Shown in pieces: positions 1-12,544 of a DNA stretch of 64,000 nt. This stretch comes from Ruditapes philippinarum (lineage: Eukaryota): assembly GCF_026571515.1 (NCBI RefSeq), contig NW_026861328.1:248001-312000 (forward strand). Direction: 5' to 3'. The translations under genes and the position numbers were made by a program. Position 1 is the first letter of the stretch. Every line of letters starts with the position of its first letter. The notes under the pieces are model-generated. The model had not been told where the DNA came from. It ran no database searches and saw nothing but the letters and a program-made list of their open reading frames with translations.

Positions 1-829
1 TTTTCTTGGATGATTGAGATTCATATCTCAATGGCTATTATAGATTTCAACTTGATATCAGAATTACTCAACATTGTAATATAACAACTTTATTTACATT
101 TCTTGAAAAATAGTTTACATACTAGAGTTGTCATCGCGTTAAATTGTGAATTGATATTAAGACTATTTAACTATTTAGATAAGAAATCTCATTTCATAAT
201 TAAATGAAATTTACACTCTGACATAGGTAGTTAAAACTAGGTAAACTTCTTTTCTATACAGATATTGTAAATTAAAATTTGTATTATTTCTGACTATAGT
301 GAGGCTAGATATGTAATAAGGGGAGTATTATAATTATAATATCTTTTACCATTAGCAGGTTATAAGAAAATCTTAAATGGTTAACTACAGAAAATAAATA
401 ATTCGTTTATGATAATAACGTACCAGAAAAAGAAATTTAGCCAATGCATCTGGACAATTTCATAGACTATATATTAAATACTTCAAGAATATTCCATGTC
501 ACGATTACTACTTTGCATACAAAATTTACATTTGCCTAGCTTGGCATTGCTTTTGTTGCATATCTGCTAAAAGTGCAGTCATTTGACAGACACATGTGTA
601 GCTTAATTCTATATCATATACCTCGTGATTTATCAGATTTATCAATTAAATTTACTATCACGTAGAACTTAAAAGAGACTATTCTGGAAATGTTTTCTGT
701 CGTATATAAAAAATCAATTATGATCATATAACTAAAGATGAAAATAAACCCCTAACATGTTTGAGATAACTTGTGTAACACAATTATATTAGAGAACCTA
801 AGATAATATTCCATATCACTTTTCTTTAG

Positions 830-1000
830 AGCGAACTTAATAATCCCAAAAGAACTTCCCAAAACGGCAAAATTAAAAATGTAACAGGCTCTGCTTCATT
901 GAGCCTGCTTTTAATGAAGGTGCTGGAAGTGCAAGTTACTGTCCACGCCCCTAATACCAACTTGAACAGATCTCCGCATTGACCATTAAATAGTAGAATT
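830..1000 (-). mobile_element. Diverged family X 3' fragment (paralogue at ~41810-41980)
   Basis: caggctc...gagcctg and gtgcaagttactgtccacgcccct match the X motif in reverse. Confidence 0.6.
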
Positions 1001-4000
1001 TCTATTTCAGAAAATACTATAATTGATTAGTTCCTTTATGATTTGTTTAGTTAGCTAATGACAATTATGGTAAACGATCTTTTTACTTGAAATTGTCTAT
1101 AACTTAAATTAACATTTTTAGTTTTATGTTCAAACAACGATTATCAACAAGCTGACTGACCACTTAAAGCTTGTGCTAGAGCGGAGAGGGACGTGAGAGT
1201 TATGAATTTCACATTGTCCCTCATCAAACAGTTTGCAATTTTCATATAATATTGCTGATTCAATAGGTTTCGAAGGGTCAGTCCTTTTCCAGATTTTTTA
1301 CCTTATAAAAAAACCAAGAGTATATTTTGTTTACAAAATCTAGACTTTAAGAAACTATTTTACACAAACAGCAGTCGTAACATAACTCTCCGGTATTTAA
1401 CGAGCGTGCATAAAATTAATAGTATCTGAAGTGCCTAATTATGAAACCAACGGCTTACTTTATAATATTATTTTATATTTCTGCTTGCTTTTAGTATCCA
1501 GTGCTGTTTGAATTGATAAGTTTACAAAAGGTGTATTTTAATGAAATCAGTGTCTTTATTTTCTTTTAACACCAAAATGTCAAAAGTCACGTCGGACGAT
1601 GATGTTCACAATAAAAATCAACTAAAACGGAATAAAACTGTAATGAAGCAAACAGCTATATTACGACAATAATTATTTACTTGCCCACATTATATACAAT
1701 AATTCACATGTGTTCGTATCTAGTTATTACAAAAGAAAAGTCTAAATCAAATTCCCCATCTAAATGTATAACGCATGTTTCACTGTTGATGTTTCAGTTT
1801 AATCTGACAATTTTGATGTAGATAAAACAACATAAATAAGGACTTATCTTATAAACTAATAACCTGAAACAATAAAATTTTAATCAGTAGAAAGTATGTT
1901 TCAGGATTTAAAAGTATTGATAAATATGCTTGGGTAGCGTTTAAAAAATATTTTGCAAAAGTTTAAGTCTCTTAGTACGAACACTTGAAGCCAGTTTATG
2001 ATATCTGCATGTTCAAAGTTACAAAAGTCTGAAACAGTAGGTTATTTGTAGAGACCTATATATGGCAGCAAGTAATAAAACTTTTTAAACTTCCAAAGAA
2101 CATGTTTATGTTTATTGCCACTTCCAACCTTTATGATTGACATTACCTCACAGTGCTTTGCAAGATATATTTAAATACTTTAAGAATTCTATAAATTTAT
2201 AAAATTGTAGAAAGATCCGAATTTAATACAATAACATATAAAAAATATATGGTATATCATGCTCTTGAGTAGCTGAATTGGCAGTAAAATTAAGGAAAAC
2301 AACAGCAACAATTGCTCGCAACTTCAGTCTTTAAAAGTCTTCCTGATACAATCTAGGCTACATGATTAAAATAAAGCAGCAAATGGAGGTCAATGCCTTG
2401 TCAACTAAGTCAGCAATGCTAGCAATAAAAAAGCTTCAATTAGACACTGATGAAATTGTTTTTTCTAGTAAGCATTCAGGTTAATTTATATTGAAACTAT
2501 TTCAGACAATTGCTATTAGTAAGCGTAATGCAATGAGGTAAGTGTTAAAGTAAAACATCACATGTGCCTTTAACATCTAGAAACATTACACGTTTTCAGC
2601 CTTTATGCCTTTCATTAACATTTACAATAGCATGCGCTTGAAATTAATCGGATTAATCTGCTTAACAGGACGTTTAAACATTTGTTGTTTTTTAGATAGG
2701 TTTGACTGAATTGTTTTTATGTAAAAGCGTTAAAGGTATGAAAATTGTGAACATTTGCAGTAAAACGTCAGTGTTTTGTTCTTGTGGATTGTTATATTGA
2801 TATTTTTTTAGGGTAATTGTCGTCACTATGTCGGAAACATTAAAGTATATGTTAACATTTATCGGATTATTTTTGATTCCCATGACAAAATACAGTCAGC
2901 TTACAAAAAATGTTGAAAGGTATCCTGCGGGGATAAGGGATTTAAAGATATTTTATTTAACTGTTTTCAAAATTGTTTGAAAAGAAAAACACGTTATATC
3001 AAGAATATACAAATGTATATCGAAAGGGGAAAGTCTTTGGAGACTGGTGACCGTCGAAGACCGAAGACCGGACAGGGTCGATTAGTAGGATACCCGTCTG
3101 TACCATCCAGGGGTTTGAGATTTCTCTTGCAAAACGTCTTGATGATACAGACTACAATACTATTTTCATGTTTACATCTTTTAATTGCACTTTGATATTA
3201 TGTCATACCCATTTGAAACAACCATATGTGCATGAAGTATAGATTTTATTAATTTATTTAAAAAAAAAACAATGTTGATTAACCAATCAAGTGCGTTACA
3301 CATTACTTGCTCCTTATACCGAAAACAGGTCTCGTCCTCCTCCGTGCCTCAAAGATTAATCGCATATCAATACCATGTAGGCTTCAGTCCCCAGGAAATA
3401 ATAAGCAAACTGCTGTTCTAATTTCCACCAAGAAGAAAACGTCATATTATTTGATGGTGTTTATCTTAAATAGTTAAAAACTTTGATTCGTTCTTGTTCT
3501 AGACATCGGAGACATTATCTTTTTCCTGTTTTATTGTAAGACTCATCATGTGCAATGAAAATAAATATATTTTGCCTTCGTAAAGATTTACAAATTTTAT
3601 TTTAAAGTCAAAATAAAACATCGATATGTCACTGTAAGATTGATGAGTTCTTTAAAAGAACTTTACGTATTTGAAAAGTTATATACCTGTTGCAAGTATT
3701 TTCTACATTTAAGAACAAGTTTTATCTCAAAACTGGTTTTATATCTTACTAACGCCCAGACCTTGTACGTCTCTTAGTGAACCATAAGTGGCTGTGAATC
3801 AATTCAAATAACATGTCAATCGGGAAATTACTCTTGTCGCGTCTCTATGGACCATGTTGATTTATATATTATATTTGTATCTGGAGACAATATCCTGCAA
3901 TGGATGTTTATATTATATAAAGTATACCCTATATATGATAACAGATGATAGAAAAATAATAAATGTCATTTAAATGTGTTTTCTGTTACTTTTTAAGAAG

Positions 4001-4006
4001 TAAATA

Positions 4007-5009
4007 CGAGGGGCGATCCAAAAATTCGTGGACACGCTGCATAAAACAAAAAGTAATAAAGGAAATCATATGAAATTCTAGTATCTTATTAAGTGAGTAT
4101 ATGTCGACAAATTCTCAAAATATTGTAAAGATTGTACAAGAATTAACGATTTTGCACCAGTTTATATACATAGACATGACAAAACGCGGCGCAGCTCACG
4201 ACGTCACAAACGACGTTATGCTATCATAGAAAGTAATCTATGTTACCGTTTTGCCTTATAACTTTTTAAAGTATTCCATTTTCACCCGCACACATTTTTC
4301 ATAGCGGCGGACCGAGTCTCTAAATGTACTCGCATACCATTCTTGGCTGAATGATGACAGTATGCATTGGGTGGCTCCTCTCAACTCGTCCAGATTGTCA
4401 AAACGTTTCCCTCTCTTTCTTTAACCTGGGAAACAAAGCGAGGTCACACGGGGAAAGATAAGGCGAATATGGTGAATGACTGAGTACTTCTGCTCAAGAA
4501 CTAGAGAACGACACACTGACGGTTTATTTGTCACACTTTCGATCATTGTTTTTGTCTCGCAAGGCGTCTTTCCAAGATTTACACAGAACTGTATAACTGT
4601 CCGAAGTTTTGCTGGATCCGTGACGTCCATTTTTAGCACCTGTCCTTTAAAGCACGAGCGTAAAATAACCGCAATTTCAAAATGTCTTCTAATACTGACA
4701 GAATGCCGTCATAAACATCAAAACAACGTTATTATAACGTTTCCGCAATTTTCTTTGTTTGCACAGGTTTTACATGTGTTTAAATGAGATGAAAACGTTT
4801 ACATTACAGAGAAAAAGTAAGCTGCGCCGCGATTTTGATACTTAATGTTTTTATGTTGTCATATATAGATAAAAAATGCAATTTGTGTTTTAAAATTTGG
4901 TCAATTTATTAAAAAAGCATTGATTAATAATATCCAAAGAGTTCACCTCGGTAGGACGCCACGTTATGGAGATACACACATTGTCCACGAATTTTTGGAT
5001 CACCCCTCG
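4007..5009 (-). mobile_element. Tc1/mariner DNA transposon, internally deleted (1003 bp)
   Basis: 28 bp TIRs cgagggg(c/t)gatccaaaaattcgtggaca with 1 mismatch. TA is duplicated at 4005-4006 and 5010-5011. The empty site with a single TA is in unit B near 44716. A transposase remnant lies inside. Confidence 0.96.
4256..4630 (-). pseudogene. Mariner transposase remnant (N-terminal HTH fused out of frame to C-terminus)
   Basis: MDVTDPAKLRTVIQFCVNLGKTPCETKTMI resembles the mariner N-terminal HTH. Other frames give EVLSHSPYSPYLSPCDLALFPRLKK (cf. HPPYSPDLAPCD motif) and GKRFDNLDEL...RRYEKCVRVKMEYFKKL*. Most of the catalytic domain is deleted. Confidence 0.92.
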
Positions 5010-5056
5010 TACTTATCTGAATAAAAACAGAATGATATCTACATAATGGCAATCCA

Positions 5057-5155
5057 TTTTTTGTTTGTTTGTTGATTTTGGTTTAAACGCCGATTTAGTG
5101 ACATCTCGGCGGCGGTCAATCAACTTAACTGGCTCTCTGGATTATTTACCAGCGA
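5057..5155 (-). mobile_element. SINE 3' tail (paralogue ~44762-44870)
   Basis: The reverse strand reads ...gaccgccgccgagatgtcact...ggcgtttaaacc followed by (aaac)n. Confidence 0.55.
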
Positions 5156-6846
5156 TATATAGATATAAAATATACTTGCACAGAGCATTGACTGTTTCAA
5201 CAAAAGTTGTCATGAAAATGGTGTATGGTGTATAGTGGTCCTTTAAATAGAAATCTTTTTCTATATATAAATACATACTATTAAAAATATATAGTCTAAA
5301 CATATATTTGTAATTAATCTGTATTAATGCATTAGGTTACTCAAAGATTCATGTTTTTCGGGCTTAAAATCATGTTGACAATGAAAACAAAGCGTTAAAA
5401 CGATGTTTTAAAAAGGTATGAATTCAAAACAGAAAGAAATAAAAAATTACGAAGTAGAATTTGTGAGTGGAAGGAGAATAAAGCAAACAGAAGAAATACA
5501 CTTAGATTTCACAAAAAAGTTCATAATGAAACACAGCGCTCTATATATACAATATATGATATTGTTTCCCCAATACAGATTTATCGTACAAACATGCCAA
5601 ACAAATCATGAGCTATAATGAAAGTTAAGATAAATGATGGAATTTCTATTACAGACCAAATGATATGTCATTGACAGTTATAAGAAGCAGCCGCTCTGTC
5701 TGTTGTTTTTTTCCCGAAACGTTCAGTGTAAATGTTACACGGATATTCAATTATTTTGCTTCCAACTGTTTCGTCATGCTAAAACTGAACTTCTTTTTAT
5801 TTGCTCATGTCTTACGTTTAACAGAAAAAAGTAAAAGAAGTGGTGTATGCATAACATATACAAGATAAAATGCACATTAACTTGGACATTACATGTGCGG
5901 TAGTTATGCTAATATATATAATATTTTAAGATTTGAAATAAATTACAGAACTTGCAATGTACACACCTTGATTTTCTTATCGTTGATAATATTACAGCGG
6001 TGTTCTCTTTTTTTGTCTTTTAAATTTGTACGAATCCATATACAGCTTGGAGGTAGATTACAAATTCATATTGTAATTCTCTTTTTGAATTATTAACAAT
6101 AATAATAAACAACAATGTGTAAACAAGAAATGTTGAAAAGAATATAAAAAGGGGACAACTCGTATATATCAACTTAAATTTATTATAGGAAATGTATGTA
6201 CGCAGTAATGAAAAGTTGCACGTCTTTGATCCTATCATTGAAAAATCATAATGATTGAACACAGTTCACAATGATATACGTTAAACTTGATGTCCATGTA
6301 AACAAGCTTTTTATCGGTAAAAAATTGAAATATAATATTGAAGACAATTCAGACAGAAATAACTATAATAATATTAATAACGTACCTTTAGAAACAATGT
6401 TTTATTTAAAGGATCATTTTGAAAGATATGTTTTATTAAGATTACATACAGATGGTTTCTTTCAATAACACAAAATTAATTCTAGACCTTTATCACGTCT
6501 AATTAAACATTCGTCTGCCAATAACTGATGCCACACAAACATGAGACACAATTATTCATATTGAAAAAGGTTGATGTTCTATCCATACTATTTTTATAGC
6601 TTTACATTTATGACTTAAGGAATGTCACTTTTTTAACAGTCCAAATATTTTTAATTTTAAAAATGTATGACAGTTGTTAATAAAAGTAGCTATTATTTTA
6701 TTTTGATGAGAGAAAATAAATTAAAATATGATAAACAAGATCAACAAGGAAAGGCGGCGTTCAAAAGTCAAGTTTTTAGCAGGTTCAAATTGAAATAATT
6801 ATATAGAAGTCCAAAAGTACATCAGTAATGTATATCTACAGTATTA

Positions 6847-7992
6847 TTATACCCCTACCACAAAATGTGGGGTGGTGGGTATAATGGATTCGCTTTGTCG
6901 CGTCGGTCGGTCTGTCGGTCCGTCTCCATTTTCGTGTCCGCTCTATAGATCCTATACCAATTGAAAGATTTTCTTCAAACCTGGCTCAAATGTTCACCTC
7001 AAAAAGGTAATGTGCAGAACCCATGTCACCCTTTTGACGGCTTAAGGTCAAGGTCACACTTGAAGGTCAAAAAGTGACTTAGAAAATATTCTTAAATTTT
7101 AACATGTAATTTGAATATTTCTGAAACAAGAAAAGGTATTTGTTTGAACTTTTAAATATATATAAAGTGTCACAATTAAGATATGCTGGTCAAGTTTCCT
7201 AACTCTGTATTGCATTTTAACAAAGTAATGCCCCTTTTTAAGTCTTCAAATTTACATACAATCAAATATTAGACAATTTGTTGTGATCACTCTATAAATC
7301 TATACTAATGGAAGAATTTTCTTCAAACTTTACTCAAATGTTCATCTCAACAAGGTTATGTGCAGAATCAATGTCACCTTTGTGCCGACTAAAGGTCAAG
7401 GTCACACTTGAAAGTCAAAGATTGACTTAGAAAATGTTCTTAAATTTTCACATGTACTTGAATATTTCTGAAACTAGAAAAGGTATTTGCTTAAAACTTA
7501 AAAGATATATAAGGTGTCACAAATAAGATATGCAGGTCAAGTTTCATAACTCTGTATTGCATTTTGACAAGGTTATGCCCCTTTTTAAATCTTCAAATTT
7601 ACATACAATCAATACTAGACAATATGTCGTGTCCGCTTTATAAATTCTATACTAATGGAAGGATTTTCCCTAATCTTTACTCAATTGTTCACCCCATCTG
7701 GGCAATGTGCAGAACTTATCTTACCCTTATGCCAGCTTAAGGTCAAGGCCACACTTGAAGGTCAAAAATTGACTTATAAAATGTTTAGTACATTGGGAAA
7801 ATGAAAGGTTTCGAACATGATTTGATTATAAATATTTATACTATTAACTGTACAATTAGTCTTTTTTCACCAGAGATAATTTCTTTTTATGTATTTGTGC
7901 CACTAAAGTTATTCCCTAATCCACCTTTCCAAGTTGTCTTCTGTCAAGGACATTGGTGGTGGTATGAATCGCATTTAGCGATAGTTCTAGTT
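6847..7992 (+). mobile_element. Helentron-associated non-autonomous element (HINE/DINE-1-like) with ~348 bp internal tandem repeats
   Basis: 5' palindrome ttataccc...gggtataa, then a GTCG/GTCC microsatellite and ~2.4 copies of a repeat (starts ~6941, ~7290, ~7636) containing aaggtcaaggtca. It ends in a 3' sub-terminal IR, stem-loop atcgc-attta-gcgat and ctagtt. Inserted at TT, with the empty site in B near 48978. Confidence 0.85.
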
Positions 7993-8039
7993 CTTCATTT
8001 AAATGTGTTAAGAAGGTCGCATCCTCAATTCGTTCTTTA

Positions 8040-8330
8040 AATAACACACAATTAATAAGGACATTAGTTCCGTCTCATTTTAACATTCGTCTAACAATAA
8101 CCGACACCAGGCAAATATGAGGCACAGTTATTTTCAATTAAAAAAGAAAAAAATGTTTGATGTTCTTTGCTTATTTTTATAACATATATTTTTATGAACT
8201 TTTAGAAAGTGCATGATCTTTTAAATTATTAAATTTTATGACAGTTCCTAATGAAAATGGCTTCTCTATTTTGATCAAATAGCAATAAACTATTGGAATG
8301 TAATGTTTAACATCATCTACAAAGTAAGTT
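8040..8330 (+). repeat. Old diverged direct duplication of ~6464-6760
   Basis: aataacaca...aacattcgtct...ttgatgttct...atgacagtt blocks occur in the same order. A further partial echo lies near 8640-8700. Confidence 0.6.
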
Positions 8331-9944
8331 TTTATCAGTATAAATTGATCTTTTTATATAGGAAATATTAAAGTAGGAAATAACGACTTCATAGAACATA
8401 ATCTTAATAACGTTATTATTTCGAAAGAGAGGTAATAAACTAATAAATATATATAAAGTCGATCATTGTGTTTACACGTTTTTTAGTGAATATAAAAACA
8501 ATTTAAGTTAGATATTACAACAAAAGCCGGAGCCACGCTAATATGTAGCACATTTATTGAAACTGAAAAACAAAATTGGTGATCCATTCTTGTTATTTTA
8601 TAACATAGTATAAATGACGAAAAATTACCACTTGTAGACATTTAAGGTAAAAGTAGCTTTATTATTTTCATAAATATTTTTATAAAAGAGCAATAAACTA
8701 ACACATACCCAAAAAGGCATGTAAGTAATTTTATACACCAGCGTTGAAATAATTAAAACTGAGTATCATACAATTACATTTATATAGTATACATTCTCCA
8801 TTAAATATAAATTCATTTGTAAAGTGGCGAATAAAGAGTCAACAAAATAGCACGGATATATTGATTGCTAATATTATATATACGAATGTAGGAACGTATT
8901 GTTATTTATTTATCATTTTTTTCACAAAGCGAATTACTGTTTTACATACCAGCATGCCAATAATAATCACCAAGTTCACCGCATGTCGTTGTTAAACTTG
9001 ATATATATCATATGCAGATTTTTGCATAAAAGGACACAAATTCTTGCATAAACACTGCCCACGCACATAGACATTAGCTTAGAATTAAAACAAGTGAGCA
9101 CACTCCGTTATCGCACGTCGTTCTTTTTGTGAATAGGCATGTATCATGGCGCCATATAGAAAAAGCTTACTGCAATTACAGCCTTTTTTGTTTTATTTTA
9201 AAATCATATCTTTCGACAGACCTCGGTCAAGCACATCAAAAACATGACAAAATTGTGTTTTTCTTTATACGAAAAACAGATAATAAAATGCGGAATTACC
9301 GAAATGTACAAATACTTTATTGAAAAGAAGTGCTTATGCACCTATTCTTCTTCGGACAAATAAAGTTCGTCCTTGTGCTTCTCTTGATGTCAATACACGA
9401 CAAAGGCGTATTAAGCCTCAATGGAGAATTACTTTAAAGTTTTCCATTGATGGCTTAATGAAATCGCTTTGCACTTTCTAAATCGGCTTTATATTGGGAA
9501 CTTAGTTGCATGAATATAGAGCGTAAATCATCGTATAAAATATTTTTAGATGCTACTTGTAATAAAAAGGACACATTTCAAGTGATAGAAACAACGTTGA
9601 TTCAAACAAAAATCTTAATCATATTGCAATATCTTAATAACCTGTTCAAGAAACCTTTCGAACAGACTATCATTTCAAAAGTACTTTTCTTGGTTTAAAT
9701 GTGAATTATTTGTTCAAAATAGTTTTATTTTATTCATATCGTACTTTTTAAACCTTACTCTGTCTCTTAGAAAAACACAATTATGACACTTGATCCTAGC
9801 CATACATCTGTTAGACACGGTGATTTGTACTTTTGGTCTAATAAAGTAAATGTAAATACCATTTGTAAATTTTTTGGTCTATTTCCAGTTTAAAGTTTTG
9901 TAACCTATTCAAAAACACAAGATACTTAAAGTGCATAAAGCTGT

Positions 9945-10030
9945 ACCTCAGGCTTGATTGATCCTGCCCATGGCCGGTACTGGAAAGTGCAAGTTACCGT
10001 ACATGCCACTAAAACGACTATATTGTATGA
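9945..10030 (-). mobile_element. Diverged family X motif fragment (paralogue at ~49210-49295)
   Basis: catggccggtactggaaagtgcaagttaccgtacatgcc matches the X stem-loop in reverse. Confidence 0.55.
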
Positions 10031-10406
10031 TCATAGAAAATTCTTTAAGTTTACCGGGAAAAAGGCTCACAATTTGGTATGCACTTTTATAATAGTAACA
10101 CAGTACTTTGTTTTGCTCGATTTTAAAAATAAATGACGATCTAGCTAACGAAAAGTCGGTGTACATTAATTTTTGCATATTAAGATGCAAAGTAAAGACC
10201 TTAACTTAATGTTTTGTTTGCAAAGTAATTCGTTTTTTTTTAATAAGAATATCATGAATAAATGAGTGTTTTGTATAAAAAACTGCTACATTTCTGTAAT
10301 GCATATGAAGATAGATATCATGTAAGAATTTATGTACTTGAAGTTAATCACAAAAAAACCAAGAGACATTGTTGCCTAAGTAGGTTGTTTTGGTAAATTA
10401 ATGTTT

Positions 10407-10773
10407 TAATTTAACCGAGTCTGCAATTCTCTTGTTATTTTGTTGTGATTAATGCTTCCGAGGGATCACTTTGTCTCCAGAGTTTTATACATCACAACAG
10501 CAGGTGTCAAGTGCCGTGTGACAGCCGTAAAAAGGTATCCTGTACTTCACTTCCGTGTTGTTATATTTTTATGGTCCATCGAGATCATTGATTCCAGCAA
10601 TTTTAAGTATTGAAAATTGAGTAGCGTTCAAGTCTGTGGTAGGGTGCGTGAGGGGTGTTGCACATATTCACTATCTCTCATGTACAGACTCAATCAAACC
10701 GAGTCAGCAATTCTCTTGTAATTTTGTTGTGATTAATGCTTCCGAGGGATCACTTTGTCTCCAGATTTTTTTT
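10407..10773 (+). mobile_element. Family Z element (284 bp monomer, ~1.25 copies), short relative of X
   Basis: aaccgagtc occurs at 10413 and 10697. It shares gtgccgtgtg...gtaaaaag, ttgcac and tcaatcaaaccgag blocks with X. Empty site in B near 49680. Confidence 0.7.
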
Positions 10774-11159
10774 ACTCCTACAGGTTACATAAATGCGTAA
10801 CTTTTCCCAATGATTGAATAACGTTTGCTTTGTATTTTAACGGTGACACATTTTAAACTTTTATACACTATATAATTTTCTCTTTTTCTGTTAAAGATGT
10901 AAACATAGTAAGCAAACCACATATCATACGATACCAATATTAGTTCATTTTTTCCTCGACGATTGATAATAATTGTAATATAATTGTAATATAATTCGCA
11001 CAAAAAAGTGTCATTTGATCATATTGTCCAGAAAAAAACACGAAAAAAAAAAACGTTTGCGTTCTTTCAATAATGGACTTATTTTAGATATTGATATAAT
11101 AATGACGAACGTGTTATATAATTACAACTATCAAATGTTACCTAATGTCTGTTGACTTG

Positions 11160-11999
11160 ACATCTGCGGATGTTTCTAATTTCAAAATTTCACCGTTTCG
11201 TGTTAAATGTTGAATTCTGCTTAAGCCGGTGCTAGGGGGCGTGGACGATAACTTGCACTTTCCAGTACCGTCCATGAACAGGCTCAATCAAACCGAGCCT
11301 GCAACATTTTCAATTTTGTTGTGTTGGACTTTCTTTAGGGATTCTGTTTTTTTCTTTTTTATTGTCATATCCGTGTTATTTGTGCCGTGTGGCGGCTGTA
11401 AAAAGTCTCCCCATACATTTAATCAATGATGTTATATTTTCGATCCTTGAAGATCGTTCAGCACGACATTATTTTTGTGTATACATGTTATGTGGTACTT
11501 TCAGTTTCTTCTATTTGGCCATTTTCAACTTGGGTGGTTCCAGTATTCCTACTTGAATACTGTATAATCACCCTTAGGATATGTTGCCTGCTTTTTAAAT
11601 TTGTCTTTTGACGTCTTATCTGTGATATGCAGGCTTCATAACCTCAGATCCTATTTCAAAATTCATTTTATTTAGTTCCGCCCATTGTTTTCTCGTTAAG
11701 GGCAAAAGCATTCTTTTACTTGGGGACCATACGCCGCTTTTCATGGAATGGCACTACTGTGTCACATTGAAGGTTCCACGATAACCGCCGTATGAACACA
11801 TCTGCGGATGTTTCTAATTTCAAAATTTCACCGTTTCGTGTTAAATGTTGAATTCTGCTTAAGTTGGTGCTAGGGGGCGTGGACGGTAACTTGCACTTTT
11901 CAGTACCATCCATGAACAGGCTCAATCATACCGAGCCTGCAACATTTTCAATTTTGTTGTGTTGGACTTTCTTTAGGGATTCTGTTTTTTCTATTTTGA
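11160..11999 (+). mobile_element. Family X non-autonomous Penelope-like/retrozyme-like element: 638 bp monomer preceded by a ~200 bp 3' fragment (pseudo-LTR)
   Basis: catctgcggatg occurs at 11161 and 11799 (period 638), and both repeats end ctttagggattctg plus a T-rich tail. The empty site in B near 50040 shows ~9 bp of target lost and no TSD. There is no credible ORF. The PLE assignment is inferred from architecture. Confidence 0.7.
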
Positions 12000-12544
12000 T
12001 ATTGCGCCGTGAGACAGTAATTTGTACTTTGGCGAATTACGTTGAAGATGATTCGTGGTATTAACCTCAGGTTATACAAGTTGAATGACTTATAAGTCTT
12101 ACATATTTTTTTCTGGTCTTTAGGTTCAAAATTTTAACTTGGCAAAAGCTGACGGTTTTTGTTGTAAGATCTGTACTGTGCCACTGTACATTGTCTCATT
12201 TTAAATCTAATTTAACAAAACGTCTTGATTTTTCATCGACATACATTAAGGCTAGTATTGCTGTCGGGAAATGAATACTCCATCGATTTCAGTCCTAAAA
12301 AGGAATTCAGTCCTAAAAAGGCGTGTGCATTGTTTATCTCCCTGAAATATATGTTTTATCTTTCACGCTTTTTTCTTTTTATATTGACTTTGATTAAAAC
12401 GATTATACATTACCAGAAATTCTATTTCAAACTAAACAGTTTATTAATTTTCTCTTTGATTAAAAAACACCAACTTTATTTACATTTACCTTTTTACAGT
12501 GACGATATAAATCCCTAATTGAAACCAATTTTTCCGAGTATCAT

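Noticed and set aside
2506-2537. Possible 32 nt micro-exon (ttcag...AG/gtaagt), identical in B
   Set aside because: Weak pyrimidine tract and no partner exons or frame support. Identity over 32 nt is unremarkable at A/B similarity.
3020-3135. GC-richer island, shared with ~43728-43845
   Set aside because: No consistent ORF, fold or family assignment could be supported. Probably a TE fragment.
11274-11305. SECIS-like reading of ATGAA-stem-AA loop
   Set aside because: The stem is only 7 bp, there is no 3' GA for the quartet, and Z has ATGTA instead of ATGA.
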